Shown here: positions 18,447 to 29,109 of the stretch, one piece after another | Layout of the letters: each line of letters begins with the position of its first letter | Numbering within the stretch: position 1 is the first letter of the stretch | Assembly (NCBI GenBank): GCA_024280895.1 | Contig: JAJRPI010000019.1 | Location: 15,556 to 79,555 of the forward strand | DNA from: Alphaproteobacteria bacterium | GTDB taxonomy: Bacteria > Pseudomonadota > Alphaproteobacteria > Rhizobiales > JAKIUO01 | Length of the DNA: 64,000 nt | Direction of reading: 5' to 3' | The notes under the pieces: model-generated | The model's database searches: none | Told to the model about the DNA's origin: nothing | The model's input: the letters and a program-made list of their open reading frames with translations, nothing else | Program-made: the position numbers and the translations under genes

Positions 18447-19472
18447 ATGTGCGAAAAGATGGTTGAAATGCACTATCAGAATTCACTGACAAAACCGTCT
18501 GTTTTTCTGCGTTGGATGTTCTTGTTCCTGATGGCCTGCGGTTTTCTTGGGCTTTTGCTTTATTCGCAAATATTTCGCGCCTTCATGGCCAATCCGGGCC
18601 TCAATGGCCTGATTGCCGGTGTTTTGCTGTTTGGCACCATCTATTCCTTTCGCCAAATCATCCAGCTATATCCAGAAATTAACTGGGTCAATCATTTTCG
18701 CCTGTCTGACATCACCCAATCTCAAAGAAAACCACCGGTCCTTCTCTCGCCCATGGTCAAGCTGCTCGGGGATCGCCCCGGCGCGATCGCCCTTTCGACC
18801 GGTTCCATGCGCTCTATTCTTGATTCCGTTGGTTCTCGCCTCGATGAAACGCGCGACACCTCTCGCTATTTGATTGGCCTACTGGTGTTTCTAGGACTGC
18901 TTGGGACTTTTTGGGGATTGCTGGAAACTATTAATTCTGTTGGTAAGACCATCGGGTCGCTGCCAACTGGTGGTGACAATCTAAGCGGACTGGAAGACCT
19001 GATCTCGGGTCTAAAAGCCCCGTTGTCTGGAATGGGAACGGCCTTTAGTTCTTCCTTGTTCGGCCTGGCAGGCTCCTTGATACTTGGTTTCCTTGACCTT
19101 CAGGCCTCTCACGCACAAAATCGTTTTTACAATGAGCTCGAAGACTGGCTGGCCTCTATTACCACACTTGGAGAGGCGGACGGCTCTTCTGGTTCTGAGT
19201 CCTCGCAAATTGGCTATGCCGTTCAAGAGCTACAGCGCAGCATCGCCTTGCTCACCCAAAATCTGCAACAAAGTGGTGGTGGTGGCAGTGGCCGAGGTCC
19301 AGATGGGGGAGTTCGAGAGCTCGCTAGTGGCATTGACGGGCTTGTCAAACAAATGCGCGCCGAACAGCAAGTGGTCCGCGAATGGATGGACGAACAGGCC
19401 AATCAACAATCAGATATTTCCTCAGCCCTCAAAACCATCAGCGGCAAACCGCCAGGACCTTTCCGGAGATAG
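18447..19472 (+). CDS. MotA/TolQ/ExbB-family proton-channel protein
   Basis: LGLLGTFWGL and GMGTAFSSSLFG TM motifs; exact start uncertain. Confidence 0.85.
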   Translation: MCEKMVEMHYQNSLTKPSVFLRWMFLFLMACGFLGLLLYSQIFRAFMANPGLNGLIAGVLLFGTIYSFRQIIQLYPEINWVNHFRLSDITQSQRKPPVLLSPMVKLLGDRPGAIALSTGSMRSILDSVGSRLDETRDTSRYLIGLLVFLGLLGTFWGLLETINSVGKTIGSLPTGGDNLSGLEDLISGLKAPLSGMGTAFSSSLFGLAGSLILGFLDLQASHAQNRFYNELEDWLASITTLGEADGSSGSESSQIGYAVQELQRSIALLTQNLQQSGGGGSGRGPDGGVRELASGIDGLVKQMRAEQQVVREWMDEQANQQSDISSALKTISGKPPGPFRR

Positions 19473-19475
19473 ATC

Positions 19476-20510
19476 ATGGCTTCCTACTCACGATCAAACC
19501 GCCGATCAAACAGTAGCGCTGATTATTGGCCTGGCTTCGTTGATGCCATGGCCACCTTGCTATTGGTTATGACATTTTTACTATCCGTTTTCATGCTGAC
19601 CAACTTCTTCGTTTCGCAAGAAGTTAGCGGCAAGGACACCGCCCTGCAACGGCTGACCCGTCAAATCACCGAGCTCACCGAACTCTTGTCGCTGGAACAA
19701 ACAAAAAAGCAAAAACTCGAAGGCAGTATCGCCTCTCTCTCGGCGTCATTGGCGACCTCGGATGGAGAAAAATCCCGCTTACAAGGCCTCATTGGCCTTG
19801 AAAGCAATAAATCCAAAACAGCCAATGCAAAAATTTCTGGACTATCTGGCTCGCTGGAAGATCAAAAGAAGATCAGCACCGGCGCCCTTGCAAAAGTCGA
19901 GTTGCTCAATCACCAAATGGCCGCTCTGCGACGCCAATTAGCTGCGATTAATGCCTCTCTTGATGCGGCACAGGCGCGCGAAAACAAAAATAAAACCAGA
20001 ATCGCCGACCTTGGCAAACGGCTTAATATCGCGCTAGCCCGTAAAGTTCAGGAATTGTCACGCTATCGCTCTGAATTTTTTGGACGTTTGCGGCAGGTGC
20101 TGGGAGATCGCGATGATATACGCGTTGTCGGTGATCGATTCGTGTTCCAATCGGAAGTGTTGTTTTCAGCCGGTTCCGCAGAACTTAATCCATTAGCCGC
20201 CATTCAGCTCAATCAATTTGCACAGGCGCTGGTCTCGCTAGAAGGCGAGATCCCCGAGGAAATCAACTGGATATTGCGGGTTGATGGACATACCGATGCG
20301 ACGCCAATTCAAACCCCACAATTCCCAAGCAACTGGGAACTTTCATCGGCAAGAGCGCTCTCGGTTGTGCGCTATTTTACTTCACAAGGGGTCAAGCCAT
20401 CAAGATTGATGGCCGCTGGATTCGCAGAATTTAGGCCCCTTGCATTAGGGGATGATCCAGAAATACATCGCCGCAACCGTCGTATTGAGCTCAAATTGAC
20501 CAATCAGTAG
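19476..20510 (+). CDS. MotB/OmpA-like peptidoglycan-binding protein
   Basis: WPGFVDAM TM Asp, long coiled coil, GHTD...NWELS.ARA..V, NRRIE. Confidence 0.88.
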   Translation: MASYSRSNRRSNSSADYWPGFVDAMATLLLVMTFLLSVFMLTNFFVSQEVSGKDTALQRLTRQITELTELLSLEQTKKQKLEGSIASLSASLATSDGEKSRLQGLIGLESNKSKTANAKISGLSGSLEDQKKISTGALAKVELLNHQMAALRRQLAAINASLDAAQARENKNKTRIADLGKRLNIALARKVQELSRYRSEFFGRLRQVLGDRDDIRVVGDRFVFQSEVLFSAGSAELNPLAAIQLNQFAQALVSLEGEIPEEINWILRVDGHTDATPIQTPQFPSNWELSSARALSVVRYFTSQGVKPSRLMAAGFAEFRPLALGDDPEIHRRNRRIELKLTNQ

Positions 20511-20519
20511 AAGCTATGA

Positions 20520-21080
20520 TTATTCGCTCAGTAATTGATCAATCAACTGTTCGGAGGCAGCGACATCAAATGAGCCAAAACGCTGAAAGCGGATACGGCC
20601 CAGCTTGTCGATGATGGCCATCTCTGGCGTCCCCTTGGTATTGAACTTGCGCATGGTGAGGGGGACATAATGACCTTTTTGCTGTTGATCAACACCAACA
20701 GGATGCTCAATCCCCTTCTCTTTTAGATATTTTTTGAGGCGTGCCGGGTTTTGGTAGTTGTGGCCTTCAAAAACCGTATGGATGCTCACAAACTGTATTT
20801 TCCCCGCTTTCGCCTGATCAGCATATTTTTGTTCCCACTTGTGCATCAACGGGATCGAGAAACTATTGCAGCCTGGGCACCATAGCTGAAAGAAATCTAT
20901 CACAACGACCTTGCCCTTCAGCTCTGACAGCTTGAATCCCTTGGAGTTGAACCATTGTGATATTTCCCATTCGGGAGCTGGCTGAGACATACCGGCAGGC
21001 AAGTTTTTGGCGATTGCTGGCGCTGGTACTGATAGCCCAAGAATGAGAGAGAGGAGCACAGTTCGGCCAAATATAATCAT
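20520..21080 (-). CDS. Exported thioredoxin-fold (TlpA/redoxin) protein
   Basis: Signal peptide; GKVVVIDFFQLWCPGC; GTP...IDK.G. Confidence 0.85.
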   Translation of the reverse strand: MIIFGRTVLLSLILGLSVPAPAIAKNLPAGMSQPAPEWEISQWFNSKGFKLSELKGKVVVIDFFQLWCPGCNSFSIPLMHKWEQKYADQAKAGKIQFVSIHTVFEGHNYQNPARLKKYLKEKGIEHPVGVDQQQKGHYVPLTMRKFNTKGTPEMAIIDKLGRIRFQRFGSFDVAASEQLIDQLLSE

Positions 21081-21193
21081 ATTAATTAGTCACCTCGGGT
21101 TGAAATAATGCACCAGCATAACTTTCAACCACGATATATGACCAATAAACATCTCGTGACCCATTGTCGGACCGGCTTTTTTACATCCGATTT

Positions 21194-21979
21194 CTATTCA
21201 GAATCAAGATTTACTGCTGTCCCTGCAAGAAGCCCACCATCAATGGTAAGCTCTGCGCCGGTCATATAGGCGGCCTCGTCAGAGGCGAGCAAAACAGCTA
21301 AAGCTGCAACTTCTTCGGGGGTGCCAAATCTGTTTAAGGGCGTATCTTTAACAAAAGCTGCCATACGTCGCACGCGGTCCTCGCCATTACCAAGCATTAG
21401 CTCCCACATAGGTGTGAGAATTGCGCCAGGATGAAGCGAGTTGCAACGAATATTCAGATTTTCTTTGGCACAATAAAGAGCAACCGTTTTTGTATGGTTG
21501 CGAATAGCGGCCTTGGAAGAGGCATAAGCCGCTGCAGCCGGAATACCAACCATTCCAGAACGCGAAGAGATATTAATAATGGAGCCGCTAGCCGCATTTC
21601 GCATCGCACCAATCGCATACCGACATCCCATAAATGTCCCGTCCAGATTGACCTCATGAACGCGGCGCCAATCTTTCAGTGTTGCCTTTTCAGGATCATG
21701 GCAAACCGCTCCATCTTCAAAGCCTGTGATACCCGCATTATTCACCAGCACATCTATCTGAGGGTATTGTTTGGCTATTTGAAGCCAGTCGCCTTCAACA
21801 GAAACATCTAGCGAAGCATACTGACAACCAAGTTCTGTCGCGACTTTGTGAGCTGCTGCCTCATCTTTATCAGTGACAACAACCCGCGCGCCCTCGTTCA
21901 CGAAGGCAGTTGCAATTGCTTCCCCGATACCGCGCCCTGCACCTGTCACGATACACAGCTTGTTTTGCAGTTTTTCCAT
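21194..21979 (-). CDS. Short-chain dehydrogenase/reductase
   Basis: TGAGRGIG, NNAG, YASSK. Confidence 0.92.
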   Translation of the reverse strand: MEKLQNKLCIVTGAGRGIGEAIATAFVNEGARVVVTDKDEAAAHKVATELGCQYASLDVSVEGDWLQIAKQYPQIDVLVNNAGITGFEDGAVCHDPEKATLKDWRRVHEVNLDGTFMGCRYAIGAMRNAASGSIINISSRSGMVGIPAAAAYASSKAAIRNHTKTVALYCAKENLNIRCNSLHPGAILTPMWELMLGNGEDRVRRMAAFVKDTPLNRFGTPEEVAALAVLLASDEAAYMTGAELTIDGGLLAGTAVNLDSE

Positions 21980-21993
21980 GAGCTGGATTCTCC

Positions 21994-23802
21994 TTATTCT
22001 GCAGGAGCCCCAGCAAATTGAAGGTCAGCCAATTCTTTATACAGGCCGCCGCGATCAATGAGGGTCGAGTGTGTGCCCTCTTGGCTGACACGTCCCTTAT
22101 CAATAACAAGAATACGGTCGGCATCTTGCACCGTTGACAAGCGATGGGCGATGATCAGCGTCGTACGACCTTCTTTCAAGGCGTCAAGTGCCGTCTGCAC
22201 TTCTCGCTCACTTGCCGTATCAAGAGCACTGGTTGCTTCATCCAACAAAAGAATGGGGGCATCGCGCAAGACAGCCCGCGCGATGGCAATGCGCTGACGC
22301 TGCCCTCCCGACAAAGTCGCCCCGTGTTCGCCAAGCGGGGTGTCATAACCACGATCAAGCTCAGAGATAAAGCCATGAGCATAGGCAGCTTTGGCGGCTT
22401 TAACGATATCTTCTCGTGTCGCGCCATCAGTGCCATAGGCGATATTGGCAGCGACCGTATCGGCAAACAGGGCAATATCCTGGGGAACCAACGCCATGCG
22501 ATTGCGCAAATCGCTGAGTTTGACATCACTGACGCCCAGACCATCGATTGAGATTGAGCCTTTATCGGCATCATAAAAGCGCAAGATCAGATTGAACACG
22601 GTGCTTTTGCCAGAACCAGAGGCCCCCACAACAGCAACGGTCTCGCCAGGTTTCACCTCGAACGAAACCCCCTCAAGTGCCGGTGTGTCAGGGCGCGAGG
22701 GGTAAGAAAACTGTACATTCTTAAACGAAATATGCCCGATTTTCTCTTTGCCATAATGTGCCGGATTTTGCGGGTCTTTCACATCTGAATTGGTTTTCAA
22801 CAGCTCGGCCAAGCGCTCCGCAGCCCCTGCTGTTTCTTGCACTTCTCCCCAAACCTCGCTCAAACCACCGAGTGAACCTGCTGCAATCGCGGCGTAAAGT
22901 ACAAACTGACCAAGCGTACCGCCGCTCATATTGCCCGACAGAACATCTTGAGCCCCATACCACAAGATGCCGATAATACTGGCAAACACCAGAAAAATAG
23001 CGATAGCGGTCAGTCCGGCGCGCGCTTTCATGCGCACTCTGGCAGCCTCAAAACTTTTATCAACCGCCACAGAGAAGCGCTTTGTCACCGAGCGCTCAAA
23101 ACTGTTGGCCTGCATGGTGCGTATGGATGACAGATTTTCAGCGGCAACCGAGGATGAGATCGCCAAACTATCTTGAGCATTGCGCGATAACTTGCGTACC
23201 GAGCGCCCAAGCCCAACAAGGGGAACCACGATCAACGGGATCGCCAGCACCACGAGCGCCGCCAGTTTGGGACTTGTCACAAACATCATGAAAATGGCGC
23301 CGATGGTCATGATAAGATTACGCAGAGCCTGCGAGGCTGAACTACCCACGGCACTCTTGATCTGGGTGGTATCAGCGGTCAGGCGAGACATCACCTCCCC
23401 TGAATGGGTGACATCATAAAAGGCGGGACTAAGGGTCGCCAAACGCTTAAAAACATCCGTGCGAAGATCTGCAACGATTCGCTCTCCCAGCCAGCTGACA
23501 AAATAAAAGCGCACCGCACTTGCCAATGCCAGAACCAGCCCGACAGCAAACATGGCGATGAAATAGGAATTGATGGTTTGAGAATTGGAGGCGGAAAATC
23601 CAGCATCGATCATGCGCCGCACCCCGATAGGCACGGTTAATGTCGCCAAAGCTGCAACAACAAGCGCCACCAGCGCGCCGATGACCATTGTTCTATGGCG
23701 CAACAAATACGGTTTTAAAGATTTGAGGGGGCCGATTGAGCGGTTTTTCCCACCTTTTTTATTCGCTGTTTTGCCAGCACGATTCCGGGCTTTGCGCGCC
23801 AC
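21994..23802 (-). CDS. ABC exporter, fused permease/ATPase
   Basis: Six TMs; GASGSGKS, LSGGQ, LLLDEAT; GTG start. Confidence 0.93.
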   Translation of the reverse strand: MARKARNRAGKTANKKGGKNRSIGPLKSLKPYLLRHRTMVIGALVALVVAALATLTVPIGVRRMIDAGFSASNSQTINSYFIAMFAVGLVLALASAVRFYFVSWLGERIVADLRTDVFKRLATLSPAFYDVTHSGEVMSRLTADTTQIKSAVGSSASQALRNLIMTIGAIFMMFVTSPKLAALVVLAIPLIVVPLVGLGRSVRKLSRNAQDSLAISSSVAAENLSSIRTMQANSFERSVTKRFSVAVDKSFEAARVRMKARAGLTAIAIFLVFASIIGILWYGAQDVLSGNMSGGTLGQFVLYAAIAAGSLGGLSEVWGEVQETAGAAERLAELLKTNSDVKDPQNPAHYGKEKIGHISFKNVQFSYPSRPDTPALEGVSFEVKPGETVAVVGASGSGKSTVFNLILRFYDADKGSISIDGLGVSDVKLSDLRNRMALVPQDIALFADTVAANIAYGTDGATREDIVKAAKAAYAHGFISELDRGYDTPLGEHGATLSGGQRQRIAIARAVLRDAPILLLDEATSALDTASEREVQTALDALKEGRTTLIIAHRLSTVQDADRILVIDKGRVSQEGTHSTLIDRGGLYKELADLQFAGAPAE

Positions 23803-23897
23803 TCTATATCCTCACATCTGTCTATTAAATAATGTTACATGCCGTAACAAAGAGAGAAGTTAGCACTATTTTGTAGGAATTCAAATCAGTTGCTGCA

Positions 23898-23911
23898 TTG
23901 ATCACCATCAA
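23898..23911. promoter_or_regulatory. Perfect FNR consensus box
   Basis: TTGAT-CACC-ATCAA within extended palindrome GCATTGAT..ATCAATGC. Confidence 0.6.
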
Positions 23912-24034
23912 TGCCATAAACCGCCCCCAAAAGCATCAATTGGAAGGCTGGACACACCAAATCAATGCTGCCATAGTCACGCAAAGCTGTGAGCGAGCCA
24001 GAACCTCGCGCAAAATCGACAAGGATTGGCACAT

Positions 24035-24433
24035 ATGGGACTGTTCAACGAAATGTTTACCTGGTGGAATGGTAATACGTGGGGCACCCGCTTTTTCACG
24101 TTTCGCAAAGGTAAACTGGTTGGCGAAGACGAGTTTGGTAATCGTTACTATATCCAGCGTAAAGGTGTCGGTCCCCTTGGTATCCCGCGCCGTTGGGTCA
24201 CCTTCAATGGTCTGGCTGAAGCCTCGACTGTACCAGCTGACTGGCATGGCTGGCTACATTATACCGTTGACCAGCTACCAAACAAAGAGCCCTACCAACC
24301 TCGGCACTGGCAAAAACGCCATTCTCCGAACTATACTGGAACGCGCAAGGCTTACCGTCCTCAAGGCTCGCTGCTCGCAGGCACCACCTCAGCTGACGCA
24401 CCGCAAACTTATGAACCTTGGCGACCTGAATAA
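24035..24433 (+). CDS. NADH:ubiquinone oxidoreductase NDUFA12 (17.2 kDa) family subunit
   Basis: G.LVGEDEFGNRYY, RRWV, VP..WHGWLH, N.TGT, YEPW.P. Confidence 0.92.
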   Translation: MGLFNEMFTWWNGNTWGTRFFTFRKGKLVGEDEFGNRYYIQRKGVGPLGIPRRWVTFNGLAEASTVPADWHGWLHYTVDQLPNKEPYQPRHWQKRHSPNYTGTRKAYRPQGSLLAGTTSADAPQTYEPWRPE

Positions 24434-24550
24434 GATGTGCGTAAAACTGATTAAAGGACAGATATCAATCCGTTCATCACTTGTGCCATAAGCCTTTGCG
24501 TTAGCAGTAAAAAACTGTTAGAAACAGCGTCAGTATTTTCAACGGGGATT

Positions 24551-24571
24551 TTTAATGATTAAATCATTAAA
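24551..24571. promoter_or_regulatory. Perfect 21-bp palindrome upstream of aroQ-accBC
   Basis: TTTAATGATT-A-AATCATTAAA. Confidence 0.4.
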
Positions 24572-24612
24572 CCCTCATTTCCTAGAATCCAGCAGAACCG
24601 ATCCATAATCCC

Positions 24613-25050
24613 ATGAGCAAACAGATTTTTGTCCTCAATGGCCCCAATCTTAACCTCCTGGGCACCCGGGAGCCTGAAATCTATGGGAACTTGAAACTTG
24701 AGGATATTGAAATTAACCTGAAGGAACTTGCCAAGGGTCTTGGGGTTAATGTGGACTTTCGCCAAAGCAATCACGAAGGTGAACTTGTAGACTGGGTTCA
24801 TGAGGCAGGAGAAAAAAAGGCGGCGATTATTCTAAATGCCGGCGCCTACACCCATACCTCTGTGGCCTTGATGGATGCTTTAATGGCGGTGGAAAGCGAT
24901 TGCATCGAGGTTCATCTATCGAATATTTTTAAACGCGAAGATTTTCGCCACCACTCATATATCTCCAAAGCATCGCTTGGAATTATCAGTGGACTTGGCG
25001 CAAAAGGGTATGAGTTGGCATTGCTGGCCCTAAATGACAGCAGCACTTAA
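24613..25050 (+). CDS. aroQ: Type II 3-dehydroquinate dehydratase
   Basis: [30 protein letters not shown]. Confidence 0.97.
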   Translation: MSKQIFVLNGPNLNLLGTREPEIYGNLKLEDIEINLKELAKGLGVNVDFRQSNHEGELVDWVHEAGEKKAAIILNAGAYTHTSVALMDALMAVESDCIEVHLSNIFKREDFRHHSYISKASLGIISGLGAKGYELALLALNDSST

Positions 25051-25087
25051 AACGACCAGGCACACGAACGGGAGCATGAAGCAAGGC

Positions 25088-25558
25088 ATGGCAAAAACGA
25101 GCACATCCAAATCCGGCAAGAGCCTTGATCACGAACTTATTCGTGAACTGGCCGAGCTACTGACCGAGACGGGCCTTAGCGAGATCGAGATCGAACAACC
25201 CGATCTTCGCATCCGCGTTGCCCGTAACGCCGCGCCTACCGGTATGATGCAACCAGCGATCAGTGTAGCACCTGTCGTAGGCGGCGCACCGGCAAATATC
25301 ATGCCTGTCGAAGAAGCCGCCCATCCAGGCGCCGTGCCCTCCCCAATGGTCGGAACGGTCTATCTGTCTCCAGAACCTGGAGCTGATCCATTTATCAAAG
25401 TTGGCCAACAGGTGTCTGAAGGTCAGACTTTGATGATTGTCGAGGCCATGAAAACCATGAACCACATTCCAGCGCCGCGCAGTGGTAAAATCACCAGCAT
25501 CTTGATTGAAGATCAACAACCGGTTGAATTCGGCGAGCCACTTTTGATTATCGAGTAA
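25088..25558 (+). CDS. accB: Biotin carboxyl carrier protein
   Basis: SPMVGT, EAMKTMN biotinylation motif; start 25076 or 25088. Confidence 0.96.
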   Translation: MAKTSTSKSGKSLDHELIRELAELLTETGLSEIEIEQPDLRIRVARNAAPTGMMQPAISVAPVVGGAPANIMPVEEAAHPGAVPSPMVGTVYLSPEPGADPFIKVGQQVSEGQTLMIVEAMKTMNHIPAPRSGKITSILIEDQQPVEFGEPLLIIE

Positions 25559-25623
25559 GCTCCAACCGGCCAGCTCTCTGGTCATTTGCCCACGCACCCA
25601 AAGAGAGTAACCAAGGAAACTTC

Positions 25624-26964
25624 ATGTTTGACAAGGTACTAATTGCTAATCGCGGCGAAATCGCCCTTCGCATTCTACGCGCCTGCAAAGAGCTTGGCAT
25701 TGCAACGGTTGCCGTTCACTCTACGGCCGATGCCGATGCCATGCATGTAAAGCTCGCAGATGAGAGTGTTTGCATCGGCCCTCCAGCTGCCAGCGAAAGC
25801 TATCTGAAAATCCCAGCTTTACTAGCCGCTTGCGAAATATCTGGCGCCGATGCCCTGCATCCTGGCTACGGGTTTCTATCTGAAAATGCTCGGTTCGCCG
25901 ATATTTTGGATGAGCACGGCATCACATTTATTGGCCCAAGCGCCGAACATATCCGTCTCATGGGAGACAAAATCGAAGCCAAAAGAACGGCCAAGCGACT
26001 TGGCATTCCGGTTGTACCCGGCTCTGAAGGCGGTGTGACAACTGATAAGCAGGCCAAGAAAGTCGCCAAGCAAATTGGCTATCCGGTGATCATTAAAGCC
26101 TCGGCTGGCGGCGGAGGCCGCGGTATGAAAGTGGCCACATCTGAAGATCAGCTTTCCATGTCTTTGGCAACTGCAAGGGCCGAATCAAAGGCGGCCTTTG
26201 GCGATGACACCATGTATCTGGAAAAATATCTTGGCACCCCCCGTCATATCGAGGTGCAGGTGATTGGCGACGGCAAAGGCAATGCCATTCATCTTGGCGA
26301 ACGCGACTGCTCGCTACAGCGGCGCCATCAAAAAGTCTGGGAAGAAGCCCCCTCTCCGGCTCTCAATAATGAACAACGCGAAGAAATCGGCATGATCGTT
26401 GCCAATGCAATCGCCGAGCTGAAATATGAAGGCGTCGGCACCATTGAGTTTCTCTATGAAAATGGCGAGTTCTACTTTATCGAAATGAACACGCGGTTGC
26501 AGGTCGAGCATCCCGTCACAGAGATGATAACCGGCGTTGATATTGTTATCGAGCAAATCCGCATCGCCTCTGGTGCCCCATTGAGCCTCTCGCAAGAAGA
26601 TGTACGTCTGAGCGGTCACTCGATTGAGTGCCGGATCACGGCTGGAAACCCCTCTACCTTTATGCCCTCTCCTGGAACAATCTCCTATTTCCATCCTCCT
26701 GGCGGTCTTGGAGTGCGTGTCGATTCTGGCGTTTATGCCGGATATACCATCCCAGCTTATTACGATAGTCTGATCGGCAAACTGATTGTACATGGTAAAA
26801 ACCGCAATGAATGTATGATGAGGCTGAAACGCTCTTTGGGCGAGTTTGTCATTGATGGCATCGAGACAACCATTCCCCTGTTCTCGGCCCTCATTAACGA
26901 GCAAGATATCATCAATGGCTTGTATGATATTCATTGGCTGGAAAAATACCTCGAAAAGCCCTAG
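25624..26964 (+). CDS. accC: Biotin carboxylase
   Basis: [33 protein letters not shown]. Confidence 0.97.
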   Translation: MFDKVLIANRGEIALRILRACKELGIATVAVHSTADADAMHVKLADESVCIGPPAASESYLKIPALLAACEISGADALHPGYGFLSENARFADILDEHGITFIGPSAEHIRLMGDKIEAKRTAKRLGIPVVPGSEGGVTTDKQAKKVAKQIGYPVIIKASAGGGGRGMKVATSEDQLSMSLATARAESKAAFGDDTMYLEKYLGTPRHIEVQVIGDGKGNAIHLGERDCSLQRRHQKVWEEAPSPALNNEQREEIGMIVANAIAELKYEGVGTIEFLYENGEFYFIEMNTRLQVEHPVTEMITGVDIVIEQIRIASGAPLSLSQEDVRLSGHSIECRITAGNPSTFMPSPGTISYFHPPGGLGVRVDSGVYAGYTIPAYYDSLIGKLIVHGKNRNECMMRLKRSLGEFVIDGIETTIPLFSALINEQDIINGLYDIHWLEKYLEKP

Positions 26965-27039
26965 TCTGAAGATCTTCGCAACAGTAACAATCGACCGGTC
27001 AGGGAGTTTCCAATCTATACCTGTGCTGAAATCGGCGAA

Positions 27040-27702
27040 TTGACAACCGATATTCTCCTCGACGCCTACTCCAACGGCTCTTTTCCTATGGGAGAGGATG
27101 CTGAAGATGAGACGCTGTTCTGGATCGAGCCAACAGAGCGCGGGATCATTCCACTTGACGGTTTCCACCTCTCCAAAAGTCTCAAACGGCTCATTCTAAA
27201 AGAAAATTTTGAGATCCGCATTAATAGTGATTTTGAAGGTGTGATTGAAGGCTGCGGCTCAATGAAAGCCGGGCGCATCAGTACATGGATCAATAAGCCC
27301 ATTCGCAAACTATATGGAGAGCTTTTTGCGCAAGGCCATTGCCATACGGTTGAAACCTGGAGGGATGACAAGCTCGTTGGTGGGCTTTATGGCGTTCACA
27401 TTGGCGGTGCTTTTTTTGGCGAGAGTATGTTCTCATTTGAGCGAGATGCCAGCAAGGTTGCCTTGGCAAATCTTGTTGCACGCCTCAATCATTGTGGGTT
27501 TTCGCTTCTGGACACCCAGTTTTTGACCGATCATCTGCGCAGTCTTGGCGGCATAGAAATCGAACAGCAAGACTATCGCAAAAAACTGTACGCGGCCCTC
27601 GATAAGCCAGCAGATTTTCTGCGTAAACCAATATCGCTGTCAGCTCACAAGGTTTTGCAACTTGTCAGCCAGACATCAAACACGGGATGCTCAACACCGT
27701 GA
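27040..27702 (+). CDS. aat: Leucyl/phenylalanyl-tRNA-protein transferase
   Basis: AY..G.FPM, TWI, LVGGLYGV..GGAFFGESMFS. Confidence 0.95.
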   Translation: MTTDILLDAYSNGSFPMGEDAEDETLFWIEPTERGIIPLDGFHLSKSLKRLILKENFEIRINSDFEGVIEGCGSMKAGRISTWINKPIRKLYGELFAQGHCHTVETWRDDKLVGGLYGVHIGGAFFGESMFSFERDASKVALANLVARLNHCGFSLLDTQFLTDHLRSLGGIEIEQQDYRKKLYAALDKPADFLRKPISLSAHKVLQLVSQTSNTGCSTP

Positions 27703-28046
27703 ATACCCGGGCTTTCGGCAAACATCCAACCCATAAACAAAGGTGCTTTAGTCTGGTCCAACTGGATCTCTTGCACTTCGACGAAGGCCGTTGTGTGCGG
27801 TGTTTCCGTTGGAGGGCGTGTATGACAGGCTCTTGGCGTGATTAATAATGCGCCAAACTCTACAGTGGTATTGAGCGGCACTTCCAAATGAGAGATCCGC
27901 GCAGAAACTTTGTCGAGAGCGGCAAAAACCGCGACATTATTAATGATCTTTTCGGCAGACACCTGCGTAAATGTCAGCCCGATTCCAGTCAGTAATAACC
28001 AGCCAATCACCATAACGCGCCAAAAGTTTTTCACTGGAATTCTCAT
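27645..28046 (-). CDS. DUF2155 family exported protein
   Basis: ALDKVSAR, F.GWMFA.SPG..G.EHPVFDVWL..C; 3' end overlaps aat. Confidence 0.88.
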   Translation of the reverse strand: MRIPVKNFWRVMVIGWLLLTGIGLTFTQVSAEKIINNVAVFAALDKVSARISHLEVPLNTTVEFGALLITPRACHTRPPTETPHTTAFVEVQEIQLDQTKAPLFMGWMFAESPGIHGVEHPVFDVWLTSCKTL

Positions 28047-28127
28047 CAACAAACCTTATCATTTTAACTCAAGCGGCAGAACACGCTGGTTCCGCCGTTC
28101 AATATTTTGAGATTCCCAAAAGGATTT

Positions 28128-28982
28128 TTAACAAATTTTACAGCCATTCTTACGAATATCTGACGCGTGGCGTTTCATCACCTGACTAAGATTTGGTGGG
28201 ACGCCGCCAATGAATTTGTCACCGACATAATAAGCTGGCGTGCCACTAATCCCAAGACGATTGGCCAGATCTTTTGTTTCAGCGATAGACTGGGCCACTT
28301 CAGGGCTTTCCATGTCTTTTCTCAAGCGAGCAATATCAAGGCCGACCTTCTCGGCAATCGTAAACACGGAATTATCCGTCACCCGCCCCTCAGATTCGAG
28401 CAAAGCCTTATGATACACGTAATATTTGCCTTGCTTCTTGGACGCCAAAGCCGCGCGCGCGGCTGTCAAAGAGGCATTGCCAAAAATTGGAAATTCCTTG
28501 AAGACCACTCGCAGTTTTTTATCCTGCGCCATGACTTTCTCAAGAGTTTTGAAGCCCTTGCGGCAATAGGGGCAATTATAATCAAAGAACTCGACCACGG
28601 TGACATCGCCCTTGGGATTGCCAGCGACCGGATCAAATCTTGAACGGAACAAAGTATCGGCATTGTCAGTGAGAGCTGACACTTTCCGTTCTTCTTCTTG
28701 CGCTTTTTCTTTTTGTTGTAGTGCCAGAATGGCTTCTTGAATAATTTCGGGTCTCGAAACCAATGTCTTGCGGACGATCCTTGCAATGACTTCTTCCTGC
28801 TCGCTGGAAAAGCCTTTCTGGGGCGCTATTTTATCAGCAACCACTTTGGCAACCTTTTCCATCTTGGACCCAGCATCAGCTTCAGCCTTGGTCTGCTGCG
28901 CGCTTTGCTCTTCGGCACAAGAGGCCAGCAACACGCCAGTCAGGCCAATCGCCAGATATCTCGTCAACAATCTCATACCCAT
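28128..28982 (-). CDS. DsbA family protein (probable lipoprotein)
   Basis: LASC lipobox, VEFFDYNCPYC, GTP. Confidence 0.9.
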   Translation of the reverse strand: MGMRLLTRYLAIGLTGVLLASCAEEQSAQQTKAEADAGSKMEKVAKVVADKIAPQKGFSSEQEEVIARIVRKTLVSRPEIIQEAILALQQKEKAQEEERKVSALTDNADTLFRSRFDPVAGNPKGDVTVVEFFDYNCPYCRKGFKTLEKVMAQDKKLRVVFKEFPIFGNASLTAARAALASKKQGKYYVYHKALLESEGRVTDNSVFTIAEKVGLDIARLRKDMESPEVAQSIAETKDLANRLGISGTPAYYVGDKFIGGVPPNLSQVMKRHASDIRKNGCKIC

Positions 28983-29109
28983 ATTCCTTCACTCCTCGTC
29001 ATGTTCAAAGCAACGATTTCTAACACGTGCCCCAATAAATTTAATTATATTCTATATATATTCTATGCAGCCGACTGCAAGTCAAACCGGCAAAATAACC
29101 ACGCCGCGT

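Noticed and set aside
18447-20510. Zorya (ZorA/ZorB) anti-phage system or flagellar stator
   Set aside because: No ZorC/D/E, no long ZorA tail and no flagellar genes; matches the conserved alphaproteobacterial pair next to suhB
26314-27168. Long antisense/alternative-frame ORFs (e.g. 284 aa here; 41091-41825; 55335 extension)
   Set aside because: Shadows of well-conserved genes on the opposite strand, with no independent motifs
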